DNA from: Auanema rhodensis
Lineage: Eukaryota; Animalia; Nematoda
NCBI GenBank assembly: GCA_964057225.1
Contig: OZ059895.1
Span: 3,782,001-3,846,000 of the forward strand
DNA: 64,000 bases
Direction of reading: 5' to 3'
The stretch's first letter is position 1, and each line of letters begins with the position of its first letter. The notes beneath the pieces are model-generated. The model did not search any database and was not told the DNA's origin. It saw only the letters and a list, made by a program, of their open reading frames with translations. A program made the translations under genes and the position numbers. Positions 13,851 through 29,100 of this stretch are shown here, in pieces.

Positions 13851-16800
13851 ACACCCATAAATTATACGCAGCACAGGTTACCCTTAAATAATGAACTGAC
13901 CGACTAATCAGACATGGATCTTTCCTAGTTCTGTTGCTTGAATGGATGTTTTCCTACGTAGGCTAGTAAAACATGCCCTTCAAAGCATCAGAACATGTGA
14001 TCACATTCCAATTTTTTTGTATCTATTTTGTAAAGATAGTAATAAACTTTGATTTTTGTACACCCATAAATTTTACGCAGCACAGGTTACCCTTAAATAA
14101 TGAACTGACAGACTAATCAGACATGGATCTTTCCTAGTTCTGTTGCTTGAATGGATGTTTTCCTACGTAGGCTAGTAAAACATGCCCTTCAAAGCATCAG
14201 AACATGTGATCACATTCCAATTTTTTTGTATCTATCTTGTAAAGATAGTAATATATCATATGTTGAACACTATGTTGGAAAGATTTTAATTCAGATTTTC
14301 AAACTTTTATTCAGTTTGTTTTTTAAACTTTGATTAAGAACTTTGATTTTTGTACACCCATAAATTATACGCAGCACAGGTTACCCTTAATTAATGAACT
14401 GACCGACTAATCAGACATGGATCTTTCCAAGTTCTGTTGCTTGAACGGATGTTTTCCTACGTAGGCTAGTAAAACATGCCCTTCAAAGCATCAGAACATG
14501 TGACCACATTCCAATTTTTCTGTATCTATCTTGTAAAGATAGTAATAAACTTTGATTTTTGTACACCCATAAATTATACGCAGAACAGGTTACCCTTAAA
14601 TAATGAACTGACCGACTAATCAGACATGGATCTTTCCTAGTTCTGTTGCTTGAATGGATGTTTTCCTACGTAGGCTAGTAAAACATGCCCTTCAAAGCAT
14701 CAGAACATGTGATCACATTCCAATTTTTTTGTATCTATCTTGTAAAGATAGTAATATATCATATGTTGAACACTATGTTGGAAAGATTTTAATTCAGATT
14801 TTCTAACTTTTAATCAGTTTGTTTTTTAAACTTTGATTAAGAACTTTGATTTTTGTACACCCATAAATTATACGCAGCACAGGTTACCCTTAAATAATGA
14901 ACTGACCGACTAATCAGACATGGATCTTTCCTAGTTCTGTTGCTTGAATGGATGTTTTCCTACGTAGGCTAGTAAAACATGCCCTTCAAAGCATCAGAAC
15001 ATGTGATCACATTCCAATTTTTTTGTATCTATCTTGTAAAGATAGTAATATATCATATGTTGAACACTATGTTGGAAAGATTTTAATTCAGATTTTCTAA
15101 CTTTTATTCAGTTTGTTTTTTAAACTTTGATTAAGAACTTTGATTTTTGTACACCCATAAATTATACGCAGCACAGGTTACCCTTAAATAATGAACTGAC
15201 CGACTAATCAGACATGGATCTTTCCTAGTTCTGTTGCTTGAATGGATGTTTTCCTACGTAGGCTAGTAAAACATGCCCTTCAAAGCATCAGAACATGTGA
15301 TCACATTCCAATTTTTTTGTTACTATCTTGTAAAGATAGTAATAAACTTTGATTTTTGTACACCCATAAATTATACGCAGCACAGGTTACCCTTAAATAA
15401 TGAACTGACCGACTAATCAGACATGGATCTTTCCTAGTTCTGTTGCTTGAATGGATGTTTTCCTACGTAGGCTAGTAAAACATGCCCTTCAAAGCATCAG
15501 AACATGTGATCACATTCCAATTTTTTTGTATCTATCTTGTAAAGATAGTAATATATCATATGTTGAACACTATGTTGGAAAGATTTTAATTCAGATTTTC
15601 TAACTTTTAATCAGTTTGTTTTTTAAACTTTGATTAAGAACTTTGATTTTTGTACACCCATAAATTATACGCAGCACAGGTTACCCTTAAATAATGAACT
15701 GACCGACTAATCAGACATGGATCTTTCCAAGTTCTGTTGCTTGAACGGATGTTTTCCTACGTAGGCTAGTAAAACATGCCCTTCAAAGCATCAGAACATG
15801 TGACCACATTCCAATTTTTCTGTATCTATCTTGTAAAGATAGTAATAATCTTTGATTTTTGTACACCCATAAATTATACGCAGAACAGGTTACCCTTAAA
15901 TAATGAACTGACCGACTAATCAGACATGGATCTTTCCTAGTTCTGTTGCTTGAATGGATGTTTTCCTACGTAGGCTAGTAAAACATGCCCTTCAAAGCAT
16001 CAGAACATGTGATCACATTCCAATTTTTTTGTATCTATCTTGTAAAGATAGTAATATATCATATGTTGAACACTATGTTGGAAAGATTTTAATTCAGATT
16101 TTCTAACTTTTAATCAGTTTGTTTTTTAAACTTTGATTAAGAACTTTGATTTTTGTACACCCATAAATTATACGCAGCACAGGTTACCCTTAAATAATGA
16201 ACTGACCGACTAATCAGACATGGATCTTTCCTAGTTCTGTTGCTTGAATGGATGTTTTCCTACGTAGGCTAGTAAAACATGCCCTTCAAAGCATCAGAAC
16301 ATGTGATCACATTCCAATTTTTTTGTATCTATCTTGTAAAGATAGTAATATATCATATGTTGAACACTATGTTGGAAAGATTTTAATTCAGATTTTCTAA
16401 CTTTTATTCAGTTTGTTTTTTAAACTTTGATTAAGAACTTTGATTTTTGTACACCCATAAATTATACGCAGCACAGGTTACCCTTAAATAATGAACTGAC
16501 CGACTAATCAGACATGGATCTTTCCTAGTTCTGTTGCTTGAATGGATGTTTTCCTACGTAGGCTAGTAAAACATGCCCTTCAAAGCATCAGAACATGTGA
16601 TCACATTCCAATTTTTTTGTTACTATCTTGTAAAGATAGTAATAAACTTTGATTTTTGTACACCCATAAATTATACGCAGCACAGGTTACCCTTAAATAA
16701 TGAACTGACCGACTAATCAGACATGGATCTTTCCTAGTTCTGTTGCTTGAATGGATGTTTTCCTACGTAGGCTAGTAAAACATGCCCTTCAAAGCATCAG

Positions 16801-19800
16801 AACATGTGATCACATTCCAATTTTTTTGTATCTATCTTGTAAAGATAGTAATATATCATATGTTGAACACTATGTTGGAAAGATTTTAATTCAGATTTTC
16901 TAACTTTTAATCAGTTTGTTTTTTAAACTTTGATTAAGAACTTTGATTTTTGTACACCCATAAATTATACGCAGCACAGGTTACCCTTAAATAATGAACT
17001 GACCGACTAATCAGCCATGGATCTTTCCTAGTTCTGTTGCTTGAATGGATGTTTTCCTACGTAGGCTAGTAAAACATGCCCTTCAAAGCATCAGAACTTG
17101 TGATCACATTCCAATTTTTTTGTATCTATCTTATAAAGATAGTAATATATCATATGTTGAACACTATGTTGGAAAGATTTTAATTCAGATTTTCTAACTT
17201 TTATTCAGTTTGTTTTTTAAACTTTGATTAAGAACTTTGATTTTTGTACACCCATAAATTATACGCAGCACAGGTTACCCTTAAATAATGAACTGACCGA
17301 CTAATCAGACATGGATCTTTCCTAGTTCTGTTGCTTGAATGGATGTTTTCCTACGTAGGCTAGTAAAACATGCCCTTCAAAGCATCAGAACATGTGATCA
17401 CATTCCAATTTTTTTGTATCTATCTTGTAAAGATAGTAATATATCATATGTTGAACACTATGTTAGAAAGATTTTAATTCAGATTTTCTAACTTTTATTC
17501 AGTTTGTTTTTTAAACTTTGATTAAGAACTTTGATTTTTGTACACCCATAAATTATACGCAGCACAGGTTACCCTTAAATAATGAACTGACCGACTAATC
17601 AGACATGGATCTTTCCTAGTTCTGTTGCTTGAATGGATGTTTTCCTACGTAGGCTAGTAAAACATGCCCTTCAAAGCATCAGAACATGTGATCACATTCC
17701 AATTTTTTTGTATCCATTTTGTAAAGATAGTAATAAACTTTGATTTTTGTACACCCATAAATTATACGCAGCACAGGTTACCCTTAAATAATGAACTGAC
17801 CGACTAATCAGACATGGATCTTTCCTAGTTCTGTTGCTTGAATGGATGTTTTCCTACGTAGGCTAGTAAAACATGCCCTTCAAAGCATCAGAACATGTGA
17901 TCACATTCCAATTTTTTTGTATCTATCTTGTAAAGATAGTAATATATCATATGTTGAACACTATGTTGGAAAGATTTTAATTCAGATTTTCTAACTTTTA
18001 TTCAGTTTGTTTTTTAAACTTTGATTAAGAACTTTGATTTTTGTACACCCATAAATTATACGCAGCACAGGTTACCCTTAAATAATGAACTGACCGACTA
18101 ATCAGACATGGATCTTTCCTAGTTCTGTTGCTTGAATGGATGTTTTCCTACGTAGGCTAGTAAAACATGCCCTTCAAAGCATCAGAACATGTGATCACAT
18201 TCCAATTTTTTTGTATCTATCTTGTAAAGATAGTAATAAACTTCGATTTTTGTACACCCATAAATTATACGCAGCACAGGTTACCCTTAAATAATGAACT
18301 GACCGACTAATCAGACATGGATCTTTCCTAGTTCTGTTGCTTGAATGGATGTTTTCCTACGTAGGCTAGTAAAACATGCCCTTCAAAGCATCAGAACATG
18401 TGATCACATTCCAATTTTTTTGTATCTATCTTGTAAAGATAGTAATAAACTTCGATTTTTGTACACCCATAAATTATACGCAGCACAGGTTACCCTTAAA
18501 TAATGAACTGACCGACTAATCAGACATGGATCTTTCCTAGTTCTGTTGCTTGAATGGATGTTTTCCTACGTAGGCTAGTAAAACATGCCCTTCAAAGCAT
18601 CAGAACATGTGATCACATTCCAATTTTTTTGTATCTATCTTGTAAAGATAGTAATATATCATATGTTGAACACTATGTTGGAAAGATTTTAATTCAGATT
18701 TTCTAACTTTTAATCAGTTTGTTTTTTAAACTTTGATTAAGAACTTTGATTTTTGTACACCCATAAATTATACGCAGCACAGGTTACCCTTAAATAATGA
18801 ACTGACCGACTAATCAGCCATGGATCTTTCCTAGTTCTGTTGCTTGAATGGATGTTTTCCTACGTAGGCTAGTAAAACATGCCCTTCAAAGCATCAGAAC
18901 ATGTGATCACATTCCAATTTTTTTGTATCTATCTTGTAAAGATAGTAATATATCATATGTTGAACACTATGTTGGAAAGATTTTAATTCAGATTTACGAA
19001 CTTTTATTCAGTTTGTTTTTTAAACTTTGATTAAGAACTTTGATTTTTGTACACCCATAAATTATACGCAGCACAGGTTACCCTTAAATAATGAACTGAC
19101 CGACTAATCAGACATGGATCTTTCCTAGTTCTGTTGCTTGAATGGATGTTTTCCTACGTAGGCTAGTAAAACATGCCCTTCAAAGCATCAGAACATGTGA
19201 TCACATTCCAATTTTTTTGTATCTATCTTGTAAAGATAGTAATAAACTTCGATTTTTGTACACCCATAAATTATACGCAGCACAGGTTACCCTTAAATAA
19301 TGAACTGACCGACTAATCAGACATGGATCTTTCCTAGTTCTGTTGCTTGAATGGATGTTTTCCTACGTAGGCTAGTAAAACATGCCCTTCAAAGCATCAG
19401 AACATGTGATCACATTCCAATTTTTTTGTATCTATCTTGTAAAGATAGTAATATATCATATGTTGAACACTATGTTGGAAAGATTTTAATTCAGATTTTC
19501 TAACTTTTAATCAGTTTGTTTTTTAAACTTTGATTAAGAACTTTGATTTTTGTACACCCATAAATTATACGCAGCACAGGTTACCCTTAAATAATGAACT
19601 GACCGACTAATCAGCCATGGATCTTTCCTAGTTCTGTTGCTTGAATGGATGTTTTCCTACGTAGGCTAGTAAAACATGCCCTTCAAAGCATCAGAACATG
19701 TGATCACATTCCAATTTTTTTGTATCTATCTTGTAAAGATAGTAATATATCATATGTTGAACACTATGTTGGAAAGATTTTAATTCAGATTTACGAACTT

Positions 19801-22800
19801 TTATTCAGTTTGTTTTTTAAACTTTGATTAAGAACTTTGATTTTTGTACACCCATAAATTATACGCAGCACAGGTTACCCTTAAATAATGAACTGACCGA
19901 CTAATCAGACATGGATCTTTCCTAGTTCTGTTGCTTGAATGGATGTTTTCCTACGTAGGCTAGTAAAACATGCCCTTCAAAGCATCAGAACATGTGATCA
20001 CATTCCAATTTTTTTGTATCTATCTTGTAAAGATAGTAATAAACTTCGATTTTTGTACACCCATAAATTATACGCAGCACAGGTTACCCTTAAATAATGA
20101 ACTGACCGACTAATCAGACATGGATCTTTCCTAGTTCTGTTGCTTGAATGGATGTTTTCCTACGTAGGCTAGTAAAACATGCCCTTCAAAGCATCAGAAC
20201 ATGTGATCACATTCCAATTTTTTTGTATCTATCTTGTAAAGATAGTAATATATCATATGTTGAACACTATGTTGGAAAGATTTTAATTCAGATTTTCTAA
20301 CTTTTAATCAGTTTGTTTTTTAAACTTTGATTAAGAACTTTGATTTTTGTACACCCATAAATTATACGCAGCACAGGTTACCCTTAAATAATGAACTGAC
20401 CGACTAATCAGCCATGGATCTTTCCTAGTTCTGTTGCTTGAATGGATGTTTTCCTACGTAGGCTAGTAAAACATGCCCTTCAAAGCATCAGAACATGTGA
20501 TCACATTCCAATTTTTTTGTATCTATCTTGTAAAGATAGTAATATATCATATGTTGAACACTATGTTGGAAAGATTTTAATTCAGATTTACGAACTTTTA
20601 TTCAGTTTGTTTTTTAAACTTTGATTAAGAACTTTGATTTTTGTACACCCATAAATTATACGCAGCACAGGTTACCCTTAAATAATGAACTGACCGACTA
20701 ATCAGACATGGATCTTTCCTAGTTCTGTTGCTTGAATGGATGTTTTCCTACGTAGGCTAGTAAAACATGCCCTTCAAAGCATCAGAACATGTGATCACAT
20801 TCCAATTTTTTTGTATCTATCTTGTAAAGATAGTAATAAACTTCGATTTTTGTACACCCATAAATTATACGCAGCACAGGTTACCCTTAAATAATGAACT
20901 GACCGACTAATCAGACATGGATCTTTCCTAGTTCTGTTGCTTGAATGGATGTTTTCCTACGTAGGCTAGTAAAACATGCCCTTCAAAGCATCAGAACATG
21001 TGATCACATTCCAATTTTTTTGTATCTATCTTGTAAAGATAGTAATATATCATATGTTGAACACTATGTTGGAAAGATTTTAATTCAGATTTTCTAACTT
21101 TTAATCAGTTTGTTTTTTAAACTTTGATTAAGAACTTTGATTTTTGTACACCCATAAATTATACGCAGCACAGGTTACCCTTAAATAATGAACTGACCGA
21201 CTAATCAGCCATGGATCTTTCCTAGTTCTGTTGCTTGAATGGATGTTTTCCTACGTAGGCTAGTAAAACATGCCCTTCAAAGCATCAGAACATGTGATCA
21301 CATTCCAATTTTTTTGTATCTATCTTGTAAAGATAGTAATATATCATATGTTGAACACTATGTTGGAAAGATTTTAATTCAGATTTACGAACTTTTATTC
21401 AGTTTGTTTTTTAAACTTTGATTAAGAACTTTGATTTTTGTACACCCATAAATTATACGCAGCACAGGTTACCCTTAAATAATGAACTGACCGACTAATC
21501 AGACATGGATCTTTCCTAGTTCTGTTGCTTGAATGGATGTTTTCCTACGTAGGCTAGTAAAACATGCCCTTCAAAGCATCAGAACATGTGATCACATTCC
21601 AATTTTTTTGTATCTATTTTGTAAAGATAGTAATAAACTTTGATTTTTGTACACCCATAAATTTTACGCAGCACAGGTTACCCTTAAATAATGAACTGAC
21701 AGACTAATCAGACATGGATCTTTCCTAGTTCTGTTGCTTGAATGGATGTTTTCCTACGTAGGCTAGTAAAACATGCCCTTCAAAGCATCAGAACATGTGA
21801 TCACATTCCAATTTTTTTGTATCTATCTTGTAAAGATAGTAATATATCATATGTTGAACACTATGTTGGAAAGATTTTAATTCAGATTTTCTAACTTTTA
21901 ATCAGTTTGTTTTTTAAACTTTGATTAAGAACTTTGATTTTTGTACACCCATAAATTATACGCAGCACAGGTTACCCTTAAATAATGAACTGACCGACTA
22001 ATCAGACATGGATCTTTCCTAGTTCTGTTGCTTGAATGGATGTTTTCCTACGTAGGCTAGTAAAACATGCCCTTCAAAGCATCAGAACATGTGATCACAT
22101 TCCAATTTTTTTGTATCTATCTTGTAAAGATAGTAATAAACTTTGATTTTTGTACACCCATAAATTATACGCAGCACAGGTTACCCTTAAATAATGAACT
22201 GACCGACTAATCAGACATGGATCTTTCCTAGTTCTGTTGCTTGAATGGATGTTTTCCTACGTAGGCTAGTAAAACATGCCCTTCAAAGCATCAGAACATG
22301 TGATCACATTCCAATTTTTTTGTATCTATCTTGTAAAGATAGTAATATATCATATGTTGAACACTATGTTGGAAAGATTTTAATTCAGATTTTCTAACTT
22401 TTAATCAGTTTGTTTTTTAAACTTTGATTAAGAACTTTGATTTTTGTACACCCATAAATTATACGCAGCACAGGTTACCCTTAAATAATAAACTGACCGA
22501 CTAATCAGACATGGATCTTTCCTAGTTCTGTTGCTTGAATGGATGTTTTCCTACGTAGGCTAGTAAAACATGCCCTTCAAAGCATCAGAACATGTGATCA
22601 CATTCCAATTTTTTTGTATCTATTTTGTAAAGATAGTAATAAACTTTGATTTTTGTACACCCATAAATTATACGCAGCACAGGTTACCCTTAAATAATGA
22701 ACTGACCGACTAATCAGACATGGATCTTTCCTAGTTCTGTTGCTTGAATGGATGTTTTCCTACGTAGGCTAGTAAAACATGCCCTTCAAAGCATCAGAAC

Positions 22801-25800
22801 ATGTGATCACATTCCAATTTTTTTGTATCTATTTTGTAAAGATAGTAATAAACTTTGATTTTTGTACACCCATAAATTATACGCAGAACAGGTTACCCTT
22901 AAATAATGAACTGACCGACTAATCAGACATGGATCTTTCCTAGTTCTGTTGCTTGAATGGATGTTTTCCTACGTAGGCTAGTAAAACATGCCCTTCAAAG
23001 CATCAGAACATGTGATCACATTCCAATTTTTTTGTATCTATCTTGTAAAGATAGTAATATATCATATGTTGAACACTATGTTGGAAAGATTTTAATTCAG
23101 ATTTTCTAACTTTTATTCAGTTTGTTTTTTAAACTTTGATTAAGAACTTTGATTTTTGTACACCCATAAATTATACGCAGCACAGGTTACCCTTAAATAA
23201 TGAACTGACCGACTAATCAGACATGGATCTTTCCTAGTTCTGTTGCTTGAATGGATGTTTTCCTACGTAGGCTAGTAAAACATGCCCTTCAAAGCATCAG
23301 AACATGTGATCACATTCCAATTTTTTTGTATCTATCTTGTAAAGATAGTAATAAACTTTGATTTTTGTACACCCATAAATTATACGCAGCACAGGTTACC
23401 CTTAAATAATGAACTGACCGACTAATCAGACATGGATCTTTCCTAGTTCTGTTGCTTGAATGGATGTTTTCCTACGTAGGCTAGTAAAACATGCCCTTCA
23501 AAGCATCAGAACATGTGATCACATTCCAATTTTTTTGTATCTATCTTGTAAAGATAGTAATATATCATATGTTGAACACTATGTTGGAAAGATTTTAATT
23601 CAGATTTTCTAACTTTTAATCAGTTTGTTTTTTAAACTTTGATTAAGAACTTTGATTTTTGTACACCCATAAAATATACGCAGCACAGGTTACCCTTAAA
23701 TAATGAACTGACCGACTAATCAGACATGGATCTTTCCTAGTTCTGTTGCTTGAATGGATGTTTTCCTACGTAGGCTAGTAAAACATGCCCTTCAAAGCAT
23801 CAGAACATGTGATCACATTCCAATTTTTTTGTATCTATCTTGTGAAGATAGTAATATATCATATGTTGAACACTATGTTGGAAAGATTTTAATTCAGATT
23901 TTCTAACTTTTATTCAGTTTGTTTTTTAAACTTTGATTAAGAACTTTGATTTTTGTACACCCATAAATTATACGCAGCACAGGTTACCCTTAAATAATGA
24001 ACTGACCGACTAATCAGACATGGATCTTTCCTAGTTCTGTTGCTTGAATGGATGTTTTCCTACGTAGGCTAGTAAAACATGCCCTTCAAAGCATCAGAAC
24101 ATGTGATCACATTCCAATTTTTTTGTATCTATCTTGTAAAGATAGTAATACATCATATGTTGAACACTATGTTGGAAAGATTTTAATTCAGATTTTCTAA
24201 CTTTTATTCAGTTTGTTTTTTAAACTTTGATTAAGAACTTTGATTTTTGTACACCCATAAATTATACGCAGCACAGGTTACCCTTAAATAATGAACTGAC
24301 CGACTAATCAGACATGGATCTTTCCTAGTTCTGTTGCTTGAATGGATGTTTTCCTACGTAGGCTAGTAAAACATGCCCTTCAAAGCATCAGAACATGTGA
24401 TCACATTCCAATTTTTTTGTATCTATCTTGTAAAGATAGTAATAAACTTTGATTTTTGTACACCCATAAATTATACGCAGCACAGGTTACCCTTAAATAA
24501 TGAACTGACCGACTAATCAGACATGGATCTTTCCTAGTTCTGTTGCTTGAATGGATGTTTTCCTACGTAGGCTAGTAAAACATGCCCTTCAAAGCATCAG
24601 AACATGTGATCACATTCCAATTTTTTTGTATCTATCTTGTAAAGATAGTAATATATCATATGTTGAACACTATGTTGGAAAGATTTTAATTCAGATTTTC
24701 TAACTTTTATTCAGTTTGTTTTTTAAACTTTGATTAAGAACTTTGATTTTTGTACACCCATAAATTATACGCAGCACAGGTTACCCTTAAATAATGAACT
24801 GACCGACTAATCAGACATGGATCTTTCCTAGTTCTGTTGCTTGAATGGATGTTTTCCTACGTAGGCTAGTAAAACATGCCCTTCAAAGCATCAGAACATG
24901 TGATCACATTCCAATTTTTTTGTATCTATCTTGTAAAGATAGTAATAAACTTTGATTTTTGTACACCCATAAATTATACGCAGCACAGGTTACCCTTAAA
25001 TAATGAACTGACCGACTAATCAGACATGGATCTTTCCTAGTTCTGTTGCTTGAATGGATGTTTTCCTACGTAGGCTAGTAAAACATGCCCTTCAAAGCAT
25101 CAGAACATGTGATCACATTCCAATTTTTTTGTATCTATCTTGTAAAGATAGTAATATATCATATGTTGAACACTATGTTGGAAAGATTTTAATTCAGATT
25201 TTCTAACTTTTAATCAGTTTGTTTTTTAAACTTTGATTAAGAACTTTGATTTTTGTACACCCATAAATTATACGCAGCACAGGTTACCCTTAAATAATGA
25301 ACTGACCGACTAATCAGACATGGATCTTTCCTAGTTCTGTTGCTTGAATGGATGTTTTCCTACGTAGGCTAGTAAAACATGCCCTTCAAAGCATCAGAAC
25401 ATGTGATCACATTCCAATTTTTTTGTATCTATCTTGTAAAGATAGTAATAAACTTTGATTTTTGTACACCCATAAATTATACGCAGCACAGGTTACCCTT
25501 AAATAATGAACTGACCGACTAATCAGACATGGATCTTTCCTAGTTCTGTTGCTTGAATGGATGTTTTCCTACGTAGGCTAGTAAAACATGCCCTTCAAAG
25601 CATCAGAACATGTGATCACATTCCAATTTTTTTGTATCTATCTTGTAAAGATAGTAATATATCATATGTTGAACACTATGTTGGAAAGATTTTAATTCAG
25701 ATTTTCTAACTTTTAATCAGTTTGTTTTTTAAACTTTGATTAAGAACTTTGATTTTTGTACACCCATAAATTATACGCAGCACAGGTTACCCTTAAATAA

Positions 25801-26199
25801 TGAACTGACCGACTAATCAGACATGGATCTTTCCTAGTTCTGTTGCTTGAATGGATGTTTTCCTACGTAGGCTAGTAAAACATGCCCTTCAAAGCATCAG
25901 AACATGTGATCACATTCCAATTTTTTTGTATCTATCTTGTGAAGATAGTAATATATCATATGTTGAACACTATGTTGGAAAGATTTTAATTCAGATTTTC
26001 TAAGTTTTATTCAGTTTGTTTTTTAAACTTTGATTAAGAACTTTGATTTTTGTACACCCATAAATTATACGCAGCACAGGTTACCCTTAAATAATAAACT
26101 GACCGACTAATCAGACATGGATCTTTCCTAGTTCTGTTGCTTGAATGGATGTTTTCCTACGTAGGCTAGTAAAACATGCCCTTCAAAGCATCAGAACAT

Positions 26200-29100
26200 G
26201 TGATCACATTCCAATTTTTTTGTATCTATTTTGTAAAGATAGTAATAAACTTTGATTTTTGTACACCCATAAATTATACGCAGCACAGGTTACCCTTAAA
26301 TAATGAACTGACCGACTAATCAGACATGGATCTTTCCTAGTTCTGTTGCTTGAATGGATGTTTTCCTACGTAGGCTAGTAAAACATGCCCTTCAAAGCAT
26401 CAGAACATGTGATCACATTCCAATTTTTTTGTATCTATCTTGTAAAGATAGTAATATATCATATGTTGAACACTATGTTGGAAAGATTTTAATTCAGATT
26501 TTCTAACTTTTATTCAGTTTGTTTTTTAAACTTTGATTAAGAACTTTGATTTTTGTACACCCATAAATTATACGCAGCACAGGTTACCCTTAAATAATGA
26601 ACTGACCGACTAATCAGACATGGATCTTTCCTAGTTCTGTTGCTTGAATGGATGTTTTCCTACGTAGGCTAGTAAAACATGCCCTTCAAAGCATCAGAAC
26701 ATGTGATCACATTCCAATTTTTTTGTATCTATCTTGTAAAGATAGTAATAAACTTTGATTTTTGTACACCCATAAATTATACGCAGCACAGGTTACCCTT
26801 AAATAATGAACTGACCGACTAATCAGACATGGATCTTTCCTAGTTCTGTTGCTTGAATGGATGTTTTCCTACGTAGGCTAGTAAAACATGCCCTTCAAAG
26901 CATCAGAACATGTGATCACATTCCAATTTTTTTGTATCTATCTTGTAAAGATAGTAATATATCATATGTTGAACACTATGTTGGAAAGATTTTAATTCAG
27001 ATTTTCTAACTTTTAATCAGTTTGTTTTTTAAACTTTGATTAAGAACTTTGATTTTTGTACACCCATAAATTATACGCAGCACAGGTTACCCTTAAATAA
27101 TGAACTGACCGACTAATCAGACATGGATCTTTCCTAGTTCTGTTGCTTGAATGGATGTTTTCCTACGTAGGCTAGTAAAACATGCCCTTCAAAGCATCAG
27201 AACATGTGATCACATTCCAATTTTTTTGTATCTATCTTGTAAAGATAGTAATAAACTTTGATTTTTGTACACCCATAAATTATACGCAGCACAGGTTACC
27301 CTTAAATAATGAACTGACCGACTAATCAGACATGGATCTTTCCTAGTTCTGTTGCTTGAATGGATGTTTTCCTACGTAGGCTAGTAAAACATGCCCTTCA
27401 AAGCATCAGAACATGTGATCACATTCCAATTTTTTTGTATCTATCTTGTAAAGATAGTAATATATCATATGTTGAACACTATGTTGGAAAGATTTTAATT
27501 CAGATTTTCTAACTTTTAATCAGTTTGTTTTTTAAACTTTGATTAAGAACTTTGATTTTTGTACACCCATAAATTATACGCAGCACAGGTTACCCTTAAA
27601 TAATGAACTGACCGACTAATCAGACATGGATCTTTCCTAGTTCTGTTGCTTGAATGGATGTTTTCCTACGTAGGCTAGTAAAACATGCCCTTCAAAGCAT
27701 CAGAACATGTGATCACATTCCAATTTTTTTGTATCTATCTTGTGAAGATAGTAATATATCATATGTTGAACACTATGTTGGAAAGATTTTAATTCAGATT
27801 TTCTAAGTTTTATTCAGTTTGTTTTTTAAACTTTGATTAAGAACTTTGATTTTTGTACACCCATAAATTATACGCAGCACAGGTTACCCTTAAATAATAA
27901 ACTGACCGACTAATCAGACATGGATCTTTCCTAGTTCTGTTGCTTGAATGGATGTTTTCCTACGTAGGCTAGTAAAACATGCCCTTCAAAGCATCAGAAC
28001 ATGTGATCACATTCCAATTTTTTTGTATCTATTTTGTAAAGATAGTAATAAACTTTGATTTTTGTACACCCATAAATTATACGCAGCACAGGTTACCCTT
28101 AAATAATGAACTGACCGACTAATCAGACATGGATCTTTCCTAGTTCTGTTGCTTGAATGGATGTTTTCCTACGTAGGCTAGTAAAACATGCCCTTCAAAG
28201 CATCAGAACATGTGATCACATTCCAATTTTTTTGTATCTATTTTGTAAAGATAGTAATAAACTTTGATTTTTGTACACCCATAAATTATACGCAGCACAG
28301 GTTACCCTTAAATAATGAACTGACCGACTAATCAGACATGGATCTTTCCTAGTTCTGTTGCTTGAATGGATGTTTTCCTACGTACGCTAGTGAAACATGC
28401 CCTTCAAAGCATCAGAACATGTGATCACATTCCAATTTTCTTGTATCTATCTTGTAAAGATAGTAATATATCATATGTTGAACCCTATGTTGGAAAGATT
28501 TTAATTCAGATTTTCTAACTTTTATTCAGTTTGTTTTTTAAACTTTGATTAAGAACTTTGATTTTTGTACACCCATAAATTATACGCAGCACAGGTTACC
28601 TTTAAATAATGAACTGACCGACTAATCAGACATGGATCTTTCCTAGTTCTGTTGCTTGAATGGATGTTTTCCTACGTAGGCTAGTAAAACATGCCCTTCA
28701 AAGCATCAGAACATGTGATCACATTCCAATTTTTTTGTATCTATCTTGTAAAGATAGTAATAAACTTTGATTTTTGTACACCCATAAATTATACGCAGCA
28801 CAGGTTACCCTTAAATAATGAACTGACCGACTAATCAGACATGAATCTTTCCTAGTTCTGTTGCTTGAATGGATGTTTTCCTACGTAGGCTAGTAAAACA
28901 TGCCCTTCAAAGCATCAGAACATGTGATCACATTCCAATTTTTTTGTATCTATCTTGTAAAGATAGTAATAAACTTTGATTTTTGTACACATATAAATTA
29001 TACGCAGCACAGGTTACCCTTAAATAATGAACTGACCGACTAATCAGACATGGATCTTTCCTAGTTCTGTTGCTTGAATGGATGTTTTCCTACGTATGCT

